DNA of 64,000 bases. Source: a virus (Duplodnaviria; Caudoviricetes). Each line of letters begins with the position of its first letter. Within the stretch, counting starts at the first letter, position 1. Made by a program: the position numbers and the translations under genes. The DNA lies in the IMG/VR virus record IMGVR_UViG_3300027969_000041; one strand, written 5' to 3'. Below the pieces are notes generated by a model. The model worked only from the letters and a program-made list of their open reading frames with translations. It was not told the DNA's origin and made no database searches. Shown here one piece after another: positions 47,429 to 58,800 of the stretch.

Positions 47429-48252
47429 TATTTTGTTATTTCAATTAGTTTTGAATTTATCTGTCCAAAGATTTTCATAAAATCCTCGGAAATTTCGTTT
47501 TCATTTACTAGTACATACTTGTTTTCATCTCTATTAAACATATCCTTACCTAGTTTTATTCTATTTTTAATATGTTCAGGATCTAAGAATTCTGAGGTGT
47601 TAAGTTCTTGGTGAGCAAAGCTATCAATTTTATATTGAATATCTTCAATAGCACCCCAATAGGTTAAATGCCAACCGCCATTATCTATGATACCAAATCC
47701 GTGTCTAGCATTTCTTAGTCCTTGCGGAGTCTCTTCTCTTGCAACCTTATTAGTACTAATGCTAGTACCTATCCAAGGTGCAACTTGTTTCTGTTTAAAG
47801 TTATAAGAAAAATGATCTTGTTGCACAACTAACCTATCCCATCCGTTTGAAAAATAGTGTTTAGCAATGTCAATACATGACACATGAGGAATCTCATCTA
47901 GATCACTGATCATAATAATAGCATCGTTGTCGAATAATTCCAATGCTTTTGAAATATAATTTCTTTGTGCGTGTTCGCACTTATGCGGCCCTGTGTTATA
48001 ATCTCGATCGTGAGCAGGTTTGCGCTCGTAATTGTAATTTCTTCGATCTGTTATAAACGGAAAATGCAATACTTTGTCTAGATATTTTTTATACCTGGAC
48101 ATATTATTCATAAAGTATAACGGTTTTGTATTACCGCTAAAGGTTAGATTTGATTCTACAATCACAAAGTAATCTACATGATCGTAGAGATATTCTAATC
48201 TACCTTCAAGTATATCAAACTCGTTAAAAAATATAAAGCTGTCTACAATCAT
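47428..48252 (-). CDS. GT17-like glycosyltransferase
   Basis: FFNE.DILE.RL..L...VDYFVIVES..TFSG..K, QRN, SDLDEIP, GGWHL. Confidence 0.85.
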   Translation of the reverse strand: MIVDSFIFFNEFDILEGRLEYLYDHVDYFVIVESNLTFSGNTKPLYFMNNMSRYKKYLDKVLHFPFITDRRNYNYERKPAHDRDYNTGPHKCEHAQRNYISKALELFDNDAIIMISDLDEIPHVSCIDIAKHYFSNGWDRLVVQQDHFSYNFKQKQVAPWIGTSISTNKVAREETPQGLRNARHGFGIIDNGGWHLTYWGAIEDIQYKIDSFAHQELNTSEFLDPEHIKNRIKLGKDMFNRDENKYVLVNENEISEDFMKIFGQINSKLIEITK

Positions 48253-49262
48253 AGGTTATTATAAATTTCTAACAATGTATTTTTATCAAACTGTTCGCTC
48301 TCAATATTGATAAGTTGCTCAGTAACAATTTGATCAACACTTTCAAACTTAGTATCTGGATTATCGTCTATAGTACCTTCTAAGTTTGTCTTATCTTGGA
48401 TAAGACTAATTTCTCGGATATCATAATCTGCAATAAATGTTTCTTTGATAAAGTTCGCTTCTTCATAGCTAATATCGATATCAAGATGCACCTTTAAATG
48501 CATCTTTGATTTCATAATAGTATCTTTTTTATCAATCAAATCGCTGAGTTTAACAGATCTGTACTTAGGACAGTTAGGCCAATTAATATAATTAGGTTCT
48601 CCGCCCCACTCTAGCGTCATCATGCCGCGATCGTCGTCCCATGTATCTGAGAAGTTGTGAGGAAAAGCATTTCCAATGTACTGTACTTTGCTATTAGTTT
48701 GCCGCTTATGGAAATGTCCGCTGAATACATAGTCTGGACTAGTAAAATCTTCGGCTCTGAGTTCGCCGTGATCGGGCATCTGTACCATTGCATTCATAAA
48801 GAACTTAGGTAATTCAAAATGACCGAATACATATTTGCTTTTAATATTCCGCATACCCTTCCACTCGTCGCCCACCAACCACGGTACAAGGGTAACATCG
48901 CCTAGAGTGGTGACAGAGTCTACGACAGTTACGCCAGGGATATGGCGTCCGAACGCACTGCTATGGATGTCTCGCTTGTCCTTGTAGAACAAATCGTGGT
49001 TGCCTGGAAACCAATAGAACTGCTCAAAGGCAGCTCCTAGTTTTTCCAAACAACGGAGGCTTGAATCTAATGTGAATAAATTTAGACTGTTACGGTTATG
49101 CGACCAATCTCCGAGAAAGATGCAAGTTTCCGCACCTTCTTGTTTAGCTTCTGCAATAAACCAGTCTACAAATTCTTCACAGTCTCGTAAATGTGTTGTT
49201 GAATTGGACTTAAGACCAAAATGTATGTCAGTAAAACACGCTACCTTCTTAAACAAGGGCAT
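48249..49262 (-). CDS. gp47: Recombination nuclease subunit (gp47/SbcD/Mre11-like)
   Basis: Metallophosphoesterase motifs TDIHFG, LGD, GNHD, GHFE, SGHFH. Confidence 0.95.
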   Translation of the reverse strand: MPLFKKVACFTDIHFGLKSNSTTHLRDCEEFVDWFIAEAKQEGAETCIFLGDWSHNRNSLNLFTLDSSLRCLEKLGAAFEQFYWFPGNHDLFYKDKRDIHSSAFGRHIPGVTVVDSVTTLGDVTLVPWLVGDEWKGMRNIKSKYVFGHFELPKFFMNAMVQMPDHGELRAEDFTSPDYVFSGHFHKRQTNSKVQYIGNAFPHNFSDTWDDDRGMMTLEWGGEPNYINWPNCPKYRSVKLSDLIDKKDTIMKSKMHLKVHLDIDISYEEANFIKETFIADYDIREISLIQDKTNLEGTIDDNPDTKFESVDQIVTEQLINIESEQFDKNTLLEIYNNL

Positions 49263-49282
49263 TAATAATTCTCCTAACTAAG

Positions 49283-49311
49283 AGTGTAGCAGGCCTTGAT
49301 TTAAAAGTCAA
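49283..49311 (-). promoter_or_regulatory. Sigma70-type promoter for the gp47-GT17-gp46 unit
   Basis: TTGACT-17 nt-TACACT, then SD AGGAG. Confidence 0.7.
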
Positions 49312-50222
49312 GGCAGTTTTTCTTCAGTTTCGCCATCTTCTTCGTCGCCGTAATCTTCGCTCTTTGGCATACGCATATTTTTATATAGAATAGCTTGACG
49401 AGCAATCTCTCCTGCATATTCTTGCTGATTCTGTCTAGTTGAACTTGGAGTTAATCCTGCCTCTTCTAGCAAATCGTCTCGAATATTTTGGCTCTTCTTT
49501 TCAATATTTAGAATACGAGTAAATGAGTTTGTTACTGCGGCAGTATAGTAAGCAAATGGGTTTTCTGATTTTGATTCGTCGAATTGTAATCCAATCTGAC
49601 TTAGCTGTAGAATAGCTTGCCCACGCATTTCATCTATATAAGTATAACCTCGCCAATTACTACGCTGTGCGTAACGTTCGCTTAGTTTGATAAACATCTT
49701 ACCTAAGTTTTCTGTAATGCGTCCGTGGTCCTTGCTAAAGTGTCCTGTATCTAACGGACCTTTCCAATGACTCTTACCAACACAGAACAATTCTCCTTCG
49801 TCATTGAACTTCCAATGTTGGAACGGGGGAAAGTTTACTTTATCGTGACTATCTGCTGTAGTTTTGGTTGTCTTCTTACGACCGGGTGCTAGCGGAATAT
49901 GATCAAATGTCATTATACGGATAATAATATCTGTTTTAGCAACAGTAGTGTAATCCGGAGTGCATTCGATTAATTTGATTTTCTTATCGCCGCCGTTTCG
50001 AGCAATAGCAAATGCAATTAATCCTAATCTTTTAGCTCTTGCACGTTTAGCATCTGCTATAGTACGGATGTTAACCTTGTCTAAACTTGGTAAAATAATG
50101 TCGTGTTGGTTATAATCAGGGTTGGTAAAACTTGAATAACTGCATTTACTACGATGTATTTCTGCTAGAAGATCTCGATTGTTTAAGTATTTTACTTTTC
50201 TTATTGTGGGTATAAGGTTCAT
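49308..50222 (-). CDS. gp55: Late-transcription sigma factor (gp55-like)
   Basis: YLNNRDLL, NWRGYTYIDEM, FDESKSENPFAYYT, F.RILNIEKK. Confidence 0.9.
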   Translation of the reverse strand: MNLIPTIRKVKYLNNRDLLAEIHRSKCSYSSFTNPDYNQHDIILPSLDKVNIRTIADAKRARAKRLGLIAFAIARNGGDKKIKLIECTPDYTTVAKTDIIIRIMTFDHIPLAPGRKKTTKTTADSHDKVNFPPFQHWKFNDEGELFCVGKSHWKGPLDTGHFSKDHGRITENLGKMFIKLSERYAQRSNWRGYTYIDEMRGQAILQLSQIGLQFDESKSENPFAYYTAAVTNSFTRILNIEKKSQNIRDDLLEEAGLTPSSTRQNQQEYAGEIARQAILYKNMRMPKSEDYGDEEDGETEEKLP

Positions 50223-50247
50223 CTTTTTATTATTATTCCTTGTGTTT

Positions 50248-50275
50248 AGTATAGCACAGAAATGGCTAGTGTCAA
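50248..50275 (-). promoter_or_regulatory. Sigma70-type promoter for the gp55-like gene
   Basis: TTGACA-16 nt-TATACT with an extended -10 TG. Confidence 0.7.
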
Positions 50276-50334
50276 CCGTTTAGATATTAAAGTAGCAGAT
50301 TATTTATTGGTAAATAGCATATCAAGGAACAAAC

Positions 50335-51162
50335 ATGGCAGACTCCCCGATAAATTTAGATAAGACAGCCGCCGCAAGTGCAGTAAAGATGTCTAAGACA
50401 CAGATACTTGGTGATACCTCACCGGCATCTGGTAAATCTAGTTCAGGTTTTAACGCTACTACAATATTAGGAGTTGTTGCCGGTGCTCGGTTGTTGTCTT
50501 CAATATTCAAAAAAGATAAACCGGCAGCTGCCGAAGTTAATATTACGAACGGTGAAGGCATGGATGATAGCCGTGTTAAGATTCGTGTTCCTCCTAAATA
50601 TCTAGTAGATCTAACATCTGGAAGTCCGGGAAGAAACGAATTGAAAAAACTGGGAGGTATAATATTTCCCTACACTCCGAGCATAAGCTATGAACATAAA
50701 GCTGACTATTCAAATGTCCCTGTAATGCACAGTAACTTTGCATTAAACTTTTATCAGCGTAGCTATGTTACCAACATTAGTATATCAGGGAAATTTACTG
50801 TACAAAATGATTATGATGCAAGCGTGTATCTGTCCACAGTTCATCTATTAAGATCATTAACTAAGATGTTGTCCAGCGGTGAACCAAATAGCGGAAGTCC
50901 ACCGCCAGTATGTAGATTAGATGCTTACGGGGATTTCATGTTAAAAAATGTCCCCGTTGCTATTTCTAATTTTAAATTTGAGTTACCCGACGGAGTTGAT
51001 TATTTTACAATTAACGAGGGCCCTTTTAAACAAACTTCTGTTCCTACAGTTTCAACAATTTCATTAACTCTAATACCAATGTACAGCAGAGCAGAAATGC
51101 AGAATTTTACAGTATCTGATTGGTTATCAGATGCTGGTGTTAGAAAATCAGGAATCTTATAA
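50335..51162 (+). CDS. Baseplate tube-cap/initiator-like protein
   Basis: IIFPYTPSI, ISISGKF, GSPPPVCRL.AYG, VAISNF..ELP tube-like motifs; first gene of the baseplate operon. Confidence 0.6.
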   Translation: MADSPINLDKTAAASAVKMSKTQILGDTSPASGKSSSGFNATTILGVVAGARLLSSIFKKDKPAAAEVNITNGEGMDDSRVKIRVPPKYLVDLTSGSPGRNELKKLGGIIFPYTPSISYEHKADYSNVPVMHSNFALNFYQRSYVTNISISGKFTVQNDYDASVYLSTVHLLRSLTKMLSSGEPNSGSPPPVCRLDAYGDFMLKNVPVAISNFKFELPDGVDYFTINEGPFKQTSVPTVSTISLTLIPMYSRAEMQNFTVSDWLSDAGVRKSGIL

Positions 51163-51464
51163 TGGCCACAACCTATAATCAAACTAGCCCTTATTATTCT
51201 ACAAGTAACAGCAATGGTTATCTTGATATAATCTCTTTTAGAGATATTGCAGCGCAAACAGATGATGTACTATTTGAAGTTACTAGTAATTATCATAACA
51301 GACCAGATTTACTTGCCTATGATTTATATGGGGATGTAAACTTATGGTGGGTATTTTCGGTACGTAACAAGAGTATAATCAAAGACCCTACATTTGATCT
51401 AGTAGCAGGAGTTAAAATTTATCTTCCTACAATTGAAACTATTAAATCTTCGATAGGGTTATAA
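51162..51464 (+). CDS. Baseplate wedge protein (gp53-like, LysM-like)
   Basis: RPDLLAYDLYGDVNLWWVF. Confidence 0.75.
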   Translation: MATTYNQTSPYYSTSNSNGYLDIISFRDIAAQTDDVLFEVTSNYHNRPDLLAYDLYGDVNLWWVFSVRNKSIIKDPTFDLVAGVKIYLPTIETIKSSIGL

Positions 51465-51465
51465 T

Positions 51466-53796
51466 ATGTCTCTTACGCTCGATACAGTGGTTATTACTCC
51501 AAAAGAAAATATTCTAAACAACTATAGATCGTACACCTATAATTTTACAATAGCCGCTGTACATGCTTCTGATGTTGCAAACAAAGAATACACTGGCAGT
51601 TCGTCTGATGTTGTTATTGCCAGGTCTGGCGGCAAAGGAACATCGGGAATATCGTCTCAGTCTACAGGCGATATAGCTAAAGCAAGCAGCGATTATGCAA
51701 AAGAATCGACTAGCTTATCTGCCACAAGTGAATCTGTGGCAGTTAAAAAATCAGCATTGAATACTGCTCTTGCAGCCGACGGATTTAATAAAAACAGTCC
51801 CGGTAGATTTGATTTCTTTATTGATAATGTTGAAATATCGACCGACATGGCATTTTCTTCAAAAGGAAGTGTAACACTGCCCGCCACGTTAAAGTTTGAA
51901 ATTGTTGAGCCATATAGTATTAATGGTTTCTTAGAAGCAATGCACGTTGCGGCACTAACAACAGGATTCCCTTCATACGCAGAAGCAACTTTTATTTTCA
52001 AAATGCAGTTTATTGGGTATCCTGACAGGGGAGCCCTTCCTGAACCTAAAGTAATTCCTAAATCTACTAGAAATTTTATGTTCAAAATGTCTGAAATCCA
52101 AATAGATCTTACGGAAAAAGGGACAAGGTATAGATGTGCTGGCAACCCTCTTCCTGGTATGGCGTTAGGTCAGCCAGATGTATTACCAGAACCTGTAAGT
52201 TTACAAGGGCAAACTGTACAAGAAGCGTTAGAAAACTTTTTTAAGAATGTAAATGAACAAAAAATTGCCGCCGACAAAACCGGCAAAGCAGGTGCTGACG
52301 CAGGAAATCATGATATCTATGAAATTAAATTTCCCGATATTGTTAAAGGTAAAGAAACTGGTTCAACAAACAAAATCTCACAATCTAAAATTGCAACTCC
52401 TCTTAGAGAAAACCAACTTTATGCGTTTTTAGATCCCGCCACATCTACAAAATCAAATGCAATGCAAACAGGAAATAGTGCAGCATCATCAATACCTGCT
52501 GACTATGTACTAAAAGATACGCAGATACAATTTGCAGACGGGCGACGGATTAGCGAAGCTATTTCCGCTGTGGTTAGAGATAGTAATTATACTAGAGATA
52601 TATTGAGAGATGTCCCGGGTCACACTGACGATGCTGGTCTCATTAATTACTTTACGATTATAACAGAAACTTATCCTCTTAAAAAATTTGATGCAGTATC
52701 TCGGAGACCTTATAAGAAATATGTTTTTAAGGTTGTACCATATAAAGTTCATCGTACTTCAATTCCGGGATATGAAGCAATTCCGTACAAAGCTGAAACA
52801 CTAAATCAAATAATCTGGAGAAAATATAACTATCTATATACCGGAGATAATATAGATGTACTTAGTTTTAAGTTAAATTTTAATTTTGCATTTCAGTCCG
52901 AAATACCTCGGGGTAATGCTAATAATGATACCCCAGGTGCTACTAGAGGAGCAGCGCCTGATTCGACAGTTGATGTTAAACGTAAAGGTGTTAATGTAGA
53001 AAATCTTAAAACAGATCAAAATTCAGGAGGAACAGTTGCAACAACACCTACTGCTTACAGCATGAGTCGAGTAACTGACGGAACAGCCGGTCAAGTATCA
53101 GACGATCCTTATTGGACACTTGCTAGAAATATGCATGATTCAATTGTTAACTCTACCGGAGGATCTCTACTTATAGGCGAATTAGAAATTTTAGGAGATC
53201 CGTTTTTTCTTGTTACAGGTGCATTTAGTAATAGTATTCCTTTAGAAGAAAGTCCCGGTATTACTATTAATGGAGAGGCTTCCTACATTACCGGCCTTAT
53301 AGTAATTGGTCTTGAATTTAGAAATCCTCAGGATATTGGGACATTTAATGAAGGAGGATTATTAAAATTTCAAGATACTGAACGTGTTCCTTTCGGCGGC
53401 ATATATAAAGTTTCTTCAGTAACTAGTACTTTCAAAGAAGGACAGTTCAGACAAATACTAAAAATTGAAAGGTTGCCGGGTCAATTGCCGAACAATACTA
53501 AAACTGCTCCTGGAGATATCGCCGATGCTTCAGTTACAGAACCAAATAAAATAGATAAACCAGTCGCAGATAGTACACAGGCAACAGGCAGTGCAGCATT
53601 GGATGGTACACAGTCTGGCTCGGGTTCTGCAACTACAATTCCGCCCGGACAGCCAGAAACAATTGCACCACCTGCTGAAATATCTGCTAAAGATATTGCA
53701 AATGCTGTCAGCTCGGCAGCTAACAAAATAATAAGTCCGTTGAGCTTACTTGTTAATAGCATTACTAGCTCGGTAACGAATAAATTTGGAAAATAA
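51466..53796 (+). CDS. Baseplate hub protein (gp27-like, inferred)
   Basis: Lies between gp53-like and gp5-like genes; C-terminal LEILGDP and GIYKVSSVTSTFKEGQFRQ.L hub-type motifs. Confidence 0.6.
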   Translation: MSLTLDTVVITPKENILNNYRSYTYNFTIAAVHASDVANKEYTGSSSDVVIARSGGKGTSGISSQSTGDIAKASSDYAKESTSLSATSESVAVKKSALNTALAADGFNKNSPGRFDFFIDNVEISTDMAFSSKGSVTLPATLKFEIVEPYSINGFLEAMHVAALTTGFPSYAEATFIFKMQFIGYPDRGALPEPKVIPKSTRNFMFKMSEIQIDLTEKGTRYRCAGNPLPGMALGQPDVLPEPVSLQGQTVQEALENFFKNVNEQKIAADKTGKAGADAGNHDIYEIKFPDIVKGKETGSTNKISQSKIATPLRENQLYAFLDPATSTKSNAMQTGNSAASSIPADYVLKDTQIQFADGRRISEAISAVVRDSNYTRDILRDVPGHTDDAGLINYFTIITETYPLKKFDAVSRRPYKKYVFKVVPYKVHRTSIPGYEAIPYKAETLNQIIWRKYNYLYTGDNIDVLSFKLNFNFAFQSEIPRGNANNDTPGATRGAAPDSTVDVKRKGVNVENLKTDQNSGGTVATTPTAYSMSRVTDGTAGQVSDDPYWTLARNMHDSIVNSTGGSLLIGELEILGDPFFLVTGAFSNSIPLEESPGITINGEASYITGLIVIGLEFRNPQDIGTFNEGGLLKFQDTERVPFGGIYKVSSVTSTFKEGQFRQILKIERLPGQLPNNTKTAPGDIADASVTEPNKIDKPVADSTQATGSAALDGTQSGSGSATTIPPGQPETIAPPAEISAKDIANAVSSAANKIISPLSLLVNSITSSVTNKFGK

Positions 53797-53798
53797 TA

Positions 53799-55358
53799 AT
53801 GGGAAGTTTTGATCAAAGACGAACAGGGACCTTACCATCTCCAGGGCCATTCCTTGCGGAAATTACTAGTCTACTAGATCCTACATATATGGGAGGAGTT
53901 GAAGTTGTACTTAAAAAAGGACTAACCGGGTCTATTACAAAGCAAAGCAATACTTATATTGTAAAATACATGACCCCGTTTTACGGTGCTACTTCTATTA
54001 GATATGAAGGTAATAACAGCGGAGACTTTAATGATGTACAAAAGTCATACGGAATGTGGATGGTTCCGCCAGATGTCGGTACAACTGTACTCGTTATTTT
54101 CATTGACGGGGATCCAAATCAAGGATATTGGATAGGATGTGTTCCCGACGAGTTTCAAAATCATATGGTCCCGGGCATTGCTGCAACAGAAAATGTAATG
54201 GCAACTCCTGGCCAAAGAATAAAATATGAAACTTCCTCGCTGCCTACAGCAGAATTTCATAAAAGTAGTCAAAAACTCAGTAATCCTAATGTTAACAAGT
54301 TTCCAAAACCTATACATCCCTTCGCTGATAGATTATTAGCGCAAGGGCTATTACGAGATAATGTTAGAGGCATCACGTCTAGTTCCGCTAGACGTGAGCA
54401 CCCTTCTCACGTATTCGGCATTAGCACTCCTGGACCACTAGATCTTAACGGTAAAAAAGGAAAAGTAGGCTATGAGGGAAATACACAAGCACCAATAAGT
54501 CGTCTAGGTGGCAGTACATTTGTCATGGATGACGGAGATTCTAAGGGATTAAACGAGCTTGTAAGAATTAGAACACGCACAGGTCATCAAATTCTAATGC
54601 ACAACAGTAGCGACTTGATCTATATTGCTAATAGTAAAGGAACCGCATGGATTGAATTGACCAGCAATGGAAAAATTGATATCTACGCCGAAGACTCAGT
54701 TAGTATTCATACTGAAGCAGATTTTAATTTCCGTGCTGATAGAGATATTAATATTGAAGCAGGCAGAAATATTAATATGAATTCTGTTAGTAACTTAAAC
54801 ATAAATGCTAGAAAAGATTTTAATTTAATAGTTAATAAAGAAGGCAAGATTTTAATCAACGGAACATTTGAACAGACAGTCAAACAGAATCTAAAAGTTT
54901 CAGTTACGGGAGGAATTTATCAATCTTCCAAAGGAAATCTAAACTTAACCTCTGACAGTTCAGTAAATGTGACATCCGCCGCTAACATGAACTTAAAATC
55001 ATCCGGAACAATGAATCAAACATCCGGTGGAAACTTCAATGTCAACTCCGCCGCACAATATTTAGAAACTGCTAAAGTTATTCAGATGAACGGTGCTCCG
55101 GCTGCATTAGCAATTCCTGCTACGGCTGCAGAAATATCAGCAACACCTACATTACTACCGTTGTTTACTCTACCTAACAGAGATAAAGATGCAGGATGGT
55201 CGGGCCAAAACTTTTATGCTACTGATTCTATCAAGAGTATTATGCAACGTGTGCCTACACACGAACCATGGGCTCAGCATGAAAACTTAAATCCTAAATC
55301 ATTTAGTCCAAAAGGCACTGATACAATTGATGGAACAGCCAACAAAAGAGCAGGTTAA
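53799..55358 (+). CDS. Baseplate central spike (gp5/VgrG-like, no lysozyme domain seen)
   Basis: OB-fold PPDVGTTVLVIF, RTRTGHQILMH, beta-strand repeats. Confidence 0.8.
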   Translation: MGSFDQRRTGTLPSPGPFLAEITSLLDPTYMGGVEVVLKKGLTGSITKQSNTYIVKYMTPFYGATSIRYEGNNSGDFNDVQKSYGMWMVPPDVGTTVLVIFIDGDPNQGYWIGCVPDEFQNHMVPGIAATENVMATPGQRIKYETSSLPTAEFHKSSQKLSNPNVNKFPKPIHPFADRLLAQGLLRDNVRGITSSSARREHPSHVFGISTPGPLDLNGKKGKVGYEGNTQAPISRLGGSTFVMDDGDSKGLNELVRIRTRTGHQILMHNSSDLIYIANSKGTAWIELTSNGKIDIYAEDSVSIHTEADFNFRADRDINIEAGRNINMNSVSNLNINARKDFNLIVNKEGKILINGTFEQTVKQNLKVSVTGGIYQSSKGNLNLTSDSSVNVTSAANMNLKSSGTMNQTSGGNFNVNSAAQYLETAKVIQMNGAPAALAIPATAAEISATPTLLPLFTLPNRDKDAGWSGQNFYATDSIKSIMQRVPTHEPWAQHENLNPKSFSPKGTDTIDGTANKRAG

Positions 55359-55378
55359 AATTTACAATAAATATTAAT

Positions 55379-55816
55379 ATGGCCTATAAGAAACTTGAAA
55401 TTAACAATAATACAGTGGAACAAAACCCACTAACTCAGTCTAGCCAATTTTATAAAGGGTTTAGCTCTGTGAATGAAACTACAGCAGAAACTCAACTCTA
55501 CGATTTTGATTTAATAAAGCAGGACATCATTAATCATTTCAAGACAAAAAAAGGCGAGCGCCTAATGAATCCTACCTTTGGAAGCATTATCTGGGATTTG
55601 CTAATGGAACCGTTAACAAATGAAGTTAGAACTGCTCTCAAGGATGATGTTAATACTATTTGTACGTTCGACCCTAGAGTTACTCCTATACAAATGGATA
55701 TAACAGAGTATGAAAATGGATTTCTTTTAGAACTGACATTGTTAATGAAAAAGACTAACCAATCTACAAATATGCGGTTAGCGTTTGACCAACGTATAGG
55801 CTTACAGGTACAATAA
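55379..55816 (+). CDS. gp25: Baseplate wedge subunit
   Basis: T.KGERLMNPTFGS.IWDLLMEP, DPRV. Confidence 0.9.
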   Translation: MAYKKLEINNNTVEQNPLTQSSQFYKGFSSVNETTAETQLYDFDLIKQDIINHFKTKKGERLMNPTFGSIIWDLLMEPLTNEVRTALKDDVNTICTFDPRVTPIQMDITEYENGFLLELTLLMKKTNQSTNMRLAFDQRIGLQVQ

Positions 55817-55864
55817 AATACCAAGTTTATACACACAATAAATACGGTACAGAACAATAAAATC

Positions 55865-58800
55865 ATGATTCCATCAACAAATAACAAACTGCTGGTTTCT
55901 GAAGATTGGAAAAAAATCTATCAGAGCTACCGCAACGCAGATTTTCAAAGTTACGATTTTGAAACTCTCCGTCGCACAATGATTCAGTATCTTCAAGAAA
56001 ATTTTCCTGAAGATTTCAACGATTTTATTGACAGTAGTGAATATATTGCTCTTATTGATCTTATTGCTTTTTTAGGTCAGAATTTAAGTTTCCGCATTGA
56101 CTTAAATGCTCGTGAAAATTTCTTAGAAACAGCACAGCGCCGCGATAGTATTCTACGTTTAGCACAGTTAGTAAGTTATGTTCCTAAGCGTAATACTCCT
56201 GCAAACGGATTCTTAAAAGTAACAGCAGTTTCTACAACCGACAATGTTATTGACGGTAACGGAATCAATCTAGCAAATACAACAGTTGGCTGGAATGATC
56301 CTACTAACTCTAATTGGTATTCTCAATTCCTTGCTATCATGAATTCTTCAATGGCAGGTAGTTTTTCTTTTGGCAAGCCTTACGATAGACAAACGATCAA
56401 TGGCATCTTAACAGAACAGTACAGGATTAACAGTGCTAACACTGATGTCCCAGTTTATGGATTTACTAAAAATATCGGTGGCACATCGATGGCATTTGAA
56501 ATTGTTTCTTCCGGGTTCTCCGGTAAAACATCAATTTACGAAGAAGCACCGCGTCCAGCTAATCCGCTTGGCCTAATATATAAAAATGATAATCAAGGAA
56601 ACGGTAGTAACAACACAGGATTCTTTGCACACTTCCGTCAGGGTAGTTTAAGTGTTGCAAATTTTGCAGTCGATAATCCAGTGCCTAATGAAATTGTAGG
56701 AGTTAACACTACAAATATTAATAACACCGATGTATGGTTATGGCAACTAGATTCTAATAATTCTTATTCAACTTTATGGACAAAAGTTTCCGATGTTATA
56801 GGCAACAATGTTATCTATAATAGTTTAAGTAATGATGTAAGAAATATTTACAGCGTAACTTCCCGTGATCAAGATCAAGTTGACTTAAATTTTGCAGACG
56901 GTAGCTTTGGTAATTTACCCAAAGGCAATTTTAGATTGTTCTATCGTCAAAGCAATGGATTAACATATTCTATCAAACCAGAACAGATGAGCGGGATTGT
57001 TATTGATGTTCCTTATTACAATAAAAATAATCAACAACATACATTAACATTAACTTTAACTTTAGAATATACTGTAAACAATAGTTCTGGTACAGAGTCT
57101 AATGCTAGTATTCAGAGCAAAGCGCCCCAGGCATACTATGTGCAAAATAGAATGGTCACTGCTGAGGACTATAACATTGCCCCGTTGACGCTGGGCAATG
57201 ATATTCTTAAAGTTAAAAGTGTTAATAGAGTTTCTAGCGGATTAAGCAAGTATTTTGATCTAAGTGATGTTAGCGGCAAGTATAGTAAAACTAATATTTT
57301 TGCTACCGATGGTATTGTTTACAAAGATACTAAAGAAAATATTTTTGAATTTGAATTTACAACTAGAAACGAAGTTTTTGCAGTAATTAAGCAACAGTTA
57401 GCTACAGTAATTTCATCTACCTCAATGAGATCTTTTTACTTTGATCAATATAGTAGACCGTTGCTGTTAGAATCAACATGGTTAGTTCCTGTTCCTAAAC
57501 AACCCAGAGGATATTTTAATAAAGATAACGGCCCAGTTCCAGTTGGCACATTTAATTCTGATAATTTTAAATATATCGAAGCTGGCGCACTAATTAAATT
57601 TGTTCCCCCTTCTGGAAAATTCTTTACAGCAAATGGAAACCTTACTAGTGCAGAATCTACAACCACTCGAAAATATATTTGGTCTAAAGTTGTCCAAGTA
57701 GTTGGCACAGGTGCAGGTACATTAGATGATGGCACCGGTCCAGTAATTTTAAGCGATGTAATTCCAGCTAATTCAATTCCGGTGGAAGTAATCCCTAAAT
57801 TTGTTAATGTATTTTCTTATGCATTTGAAACAGAATTAGTTAATTTATGTTTAGGCCAAAGAAACTTTGGTCTTAGTTTTGACAATGAATCTAGATCATG
57901 GAACATTATTTCTGATACAAACCTTGATATATTATCTTCTTTTAGTCTAGCATCTCAGGGAGATAAAACTAATAATAGTAAAGACGCAAGCTGGATGATT
58001 GCATTTATTTGGAATAGCAAGAAATACACTGTAAGATATAGAAACACCGATTTTATATTTGAAAGTGAAAAAGAAACTGCGTTCTTTGTTGATGCTGATT
58101 CAATTAATTATGATTTTACTACTGACACAATTGTCAAAGACCAAGTTAATGTATTGTCTATCAATCAATCAAACACATCAACTTATGTTTCTTTGGGCAA
58201 AGATTACACATGGCAAATTGATAACGCAGTAATAGAACCAGATGGCTATATTGAACCTAAAAAAGTTAAGGTAAGTTTTTATGACTATAATAATTTAGGT
58301 CAGATTACTGATCCTGATACATTTAATAATATTGTTCAACCACTTACTACATCTACAAACGGATATAGAGATAAGTTTGTTTATTTTAAAAGGCTATCAG
58401 ACGGTTTGAGATATGTTTTAGTTGACGGAATTGAAGCTTACCCAACACCAGATGCTGTAGGTAATAATCCGGACCCTAGTGTATTATATTATTTCTATGA
58501 TCAAAACTACAATGTAGTAAACACTTATTCTACTACAACTAATGCATGGGTATATCAACCTGAATATTTTGCATACCCGGGGCGCAGTGGATTAAAATTC
58601 CACTATGTTCATAATAGCAGCGAAGATCGTAGGATTGATCCTAGTAAGAGTAATTTAATTGATGTTTACTTATTAACATCGGCATACGATGCAGAATATA
58701 GAAACTGGTTAACAACTGGCATTGGGTACGAACCCCTTGCTCCGACAAGTCAAAGCCTAGAAGAAAATTTCTCATCATCGTTGGAAACAATTAAAACTGT

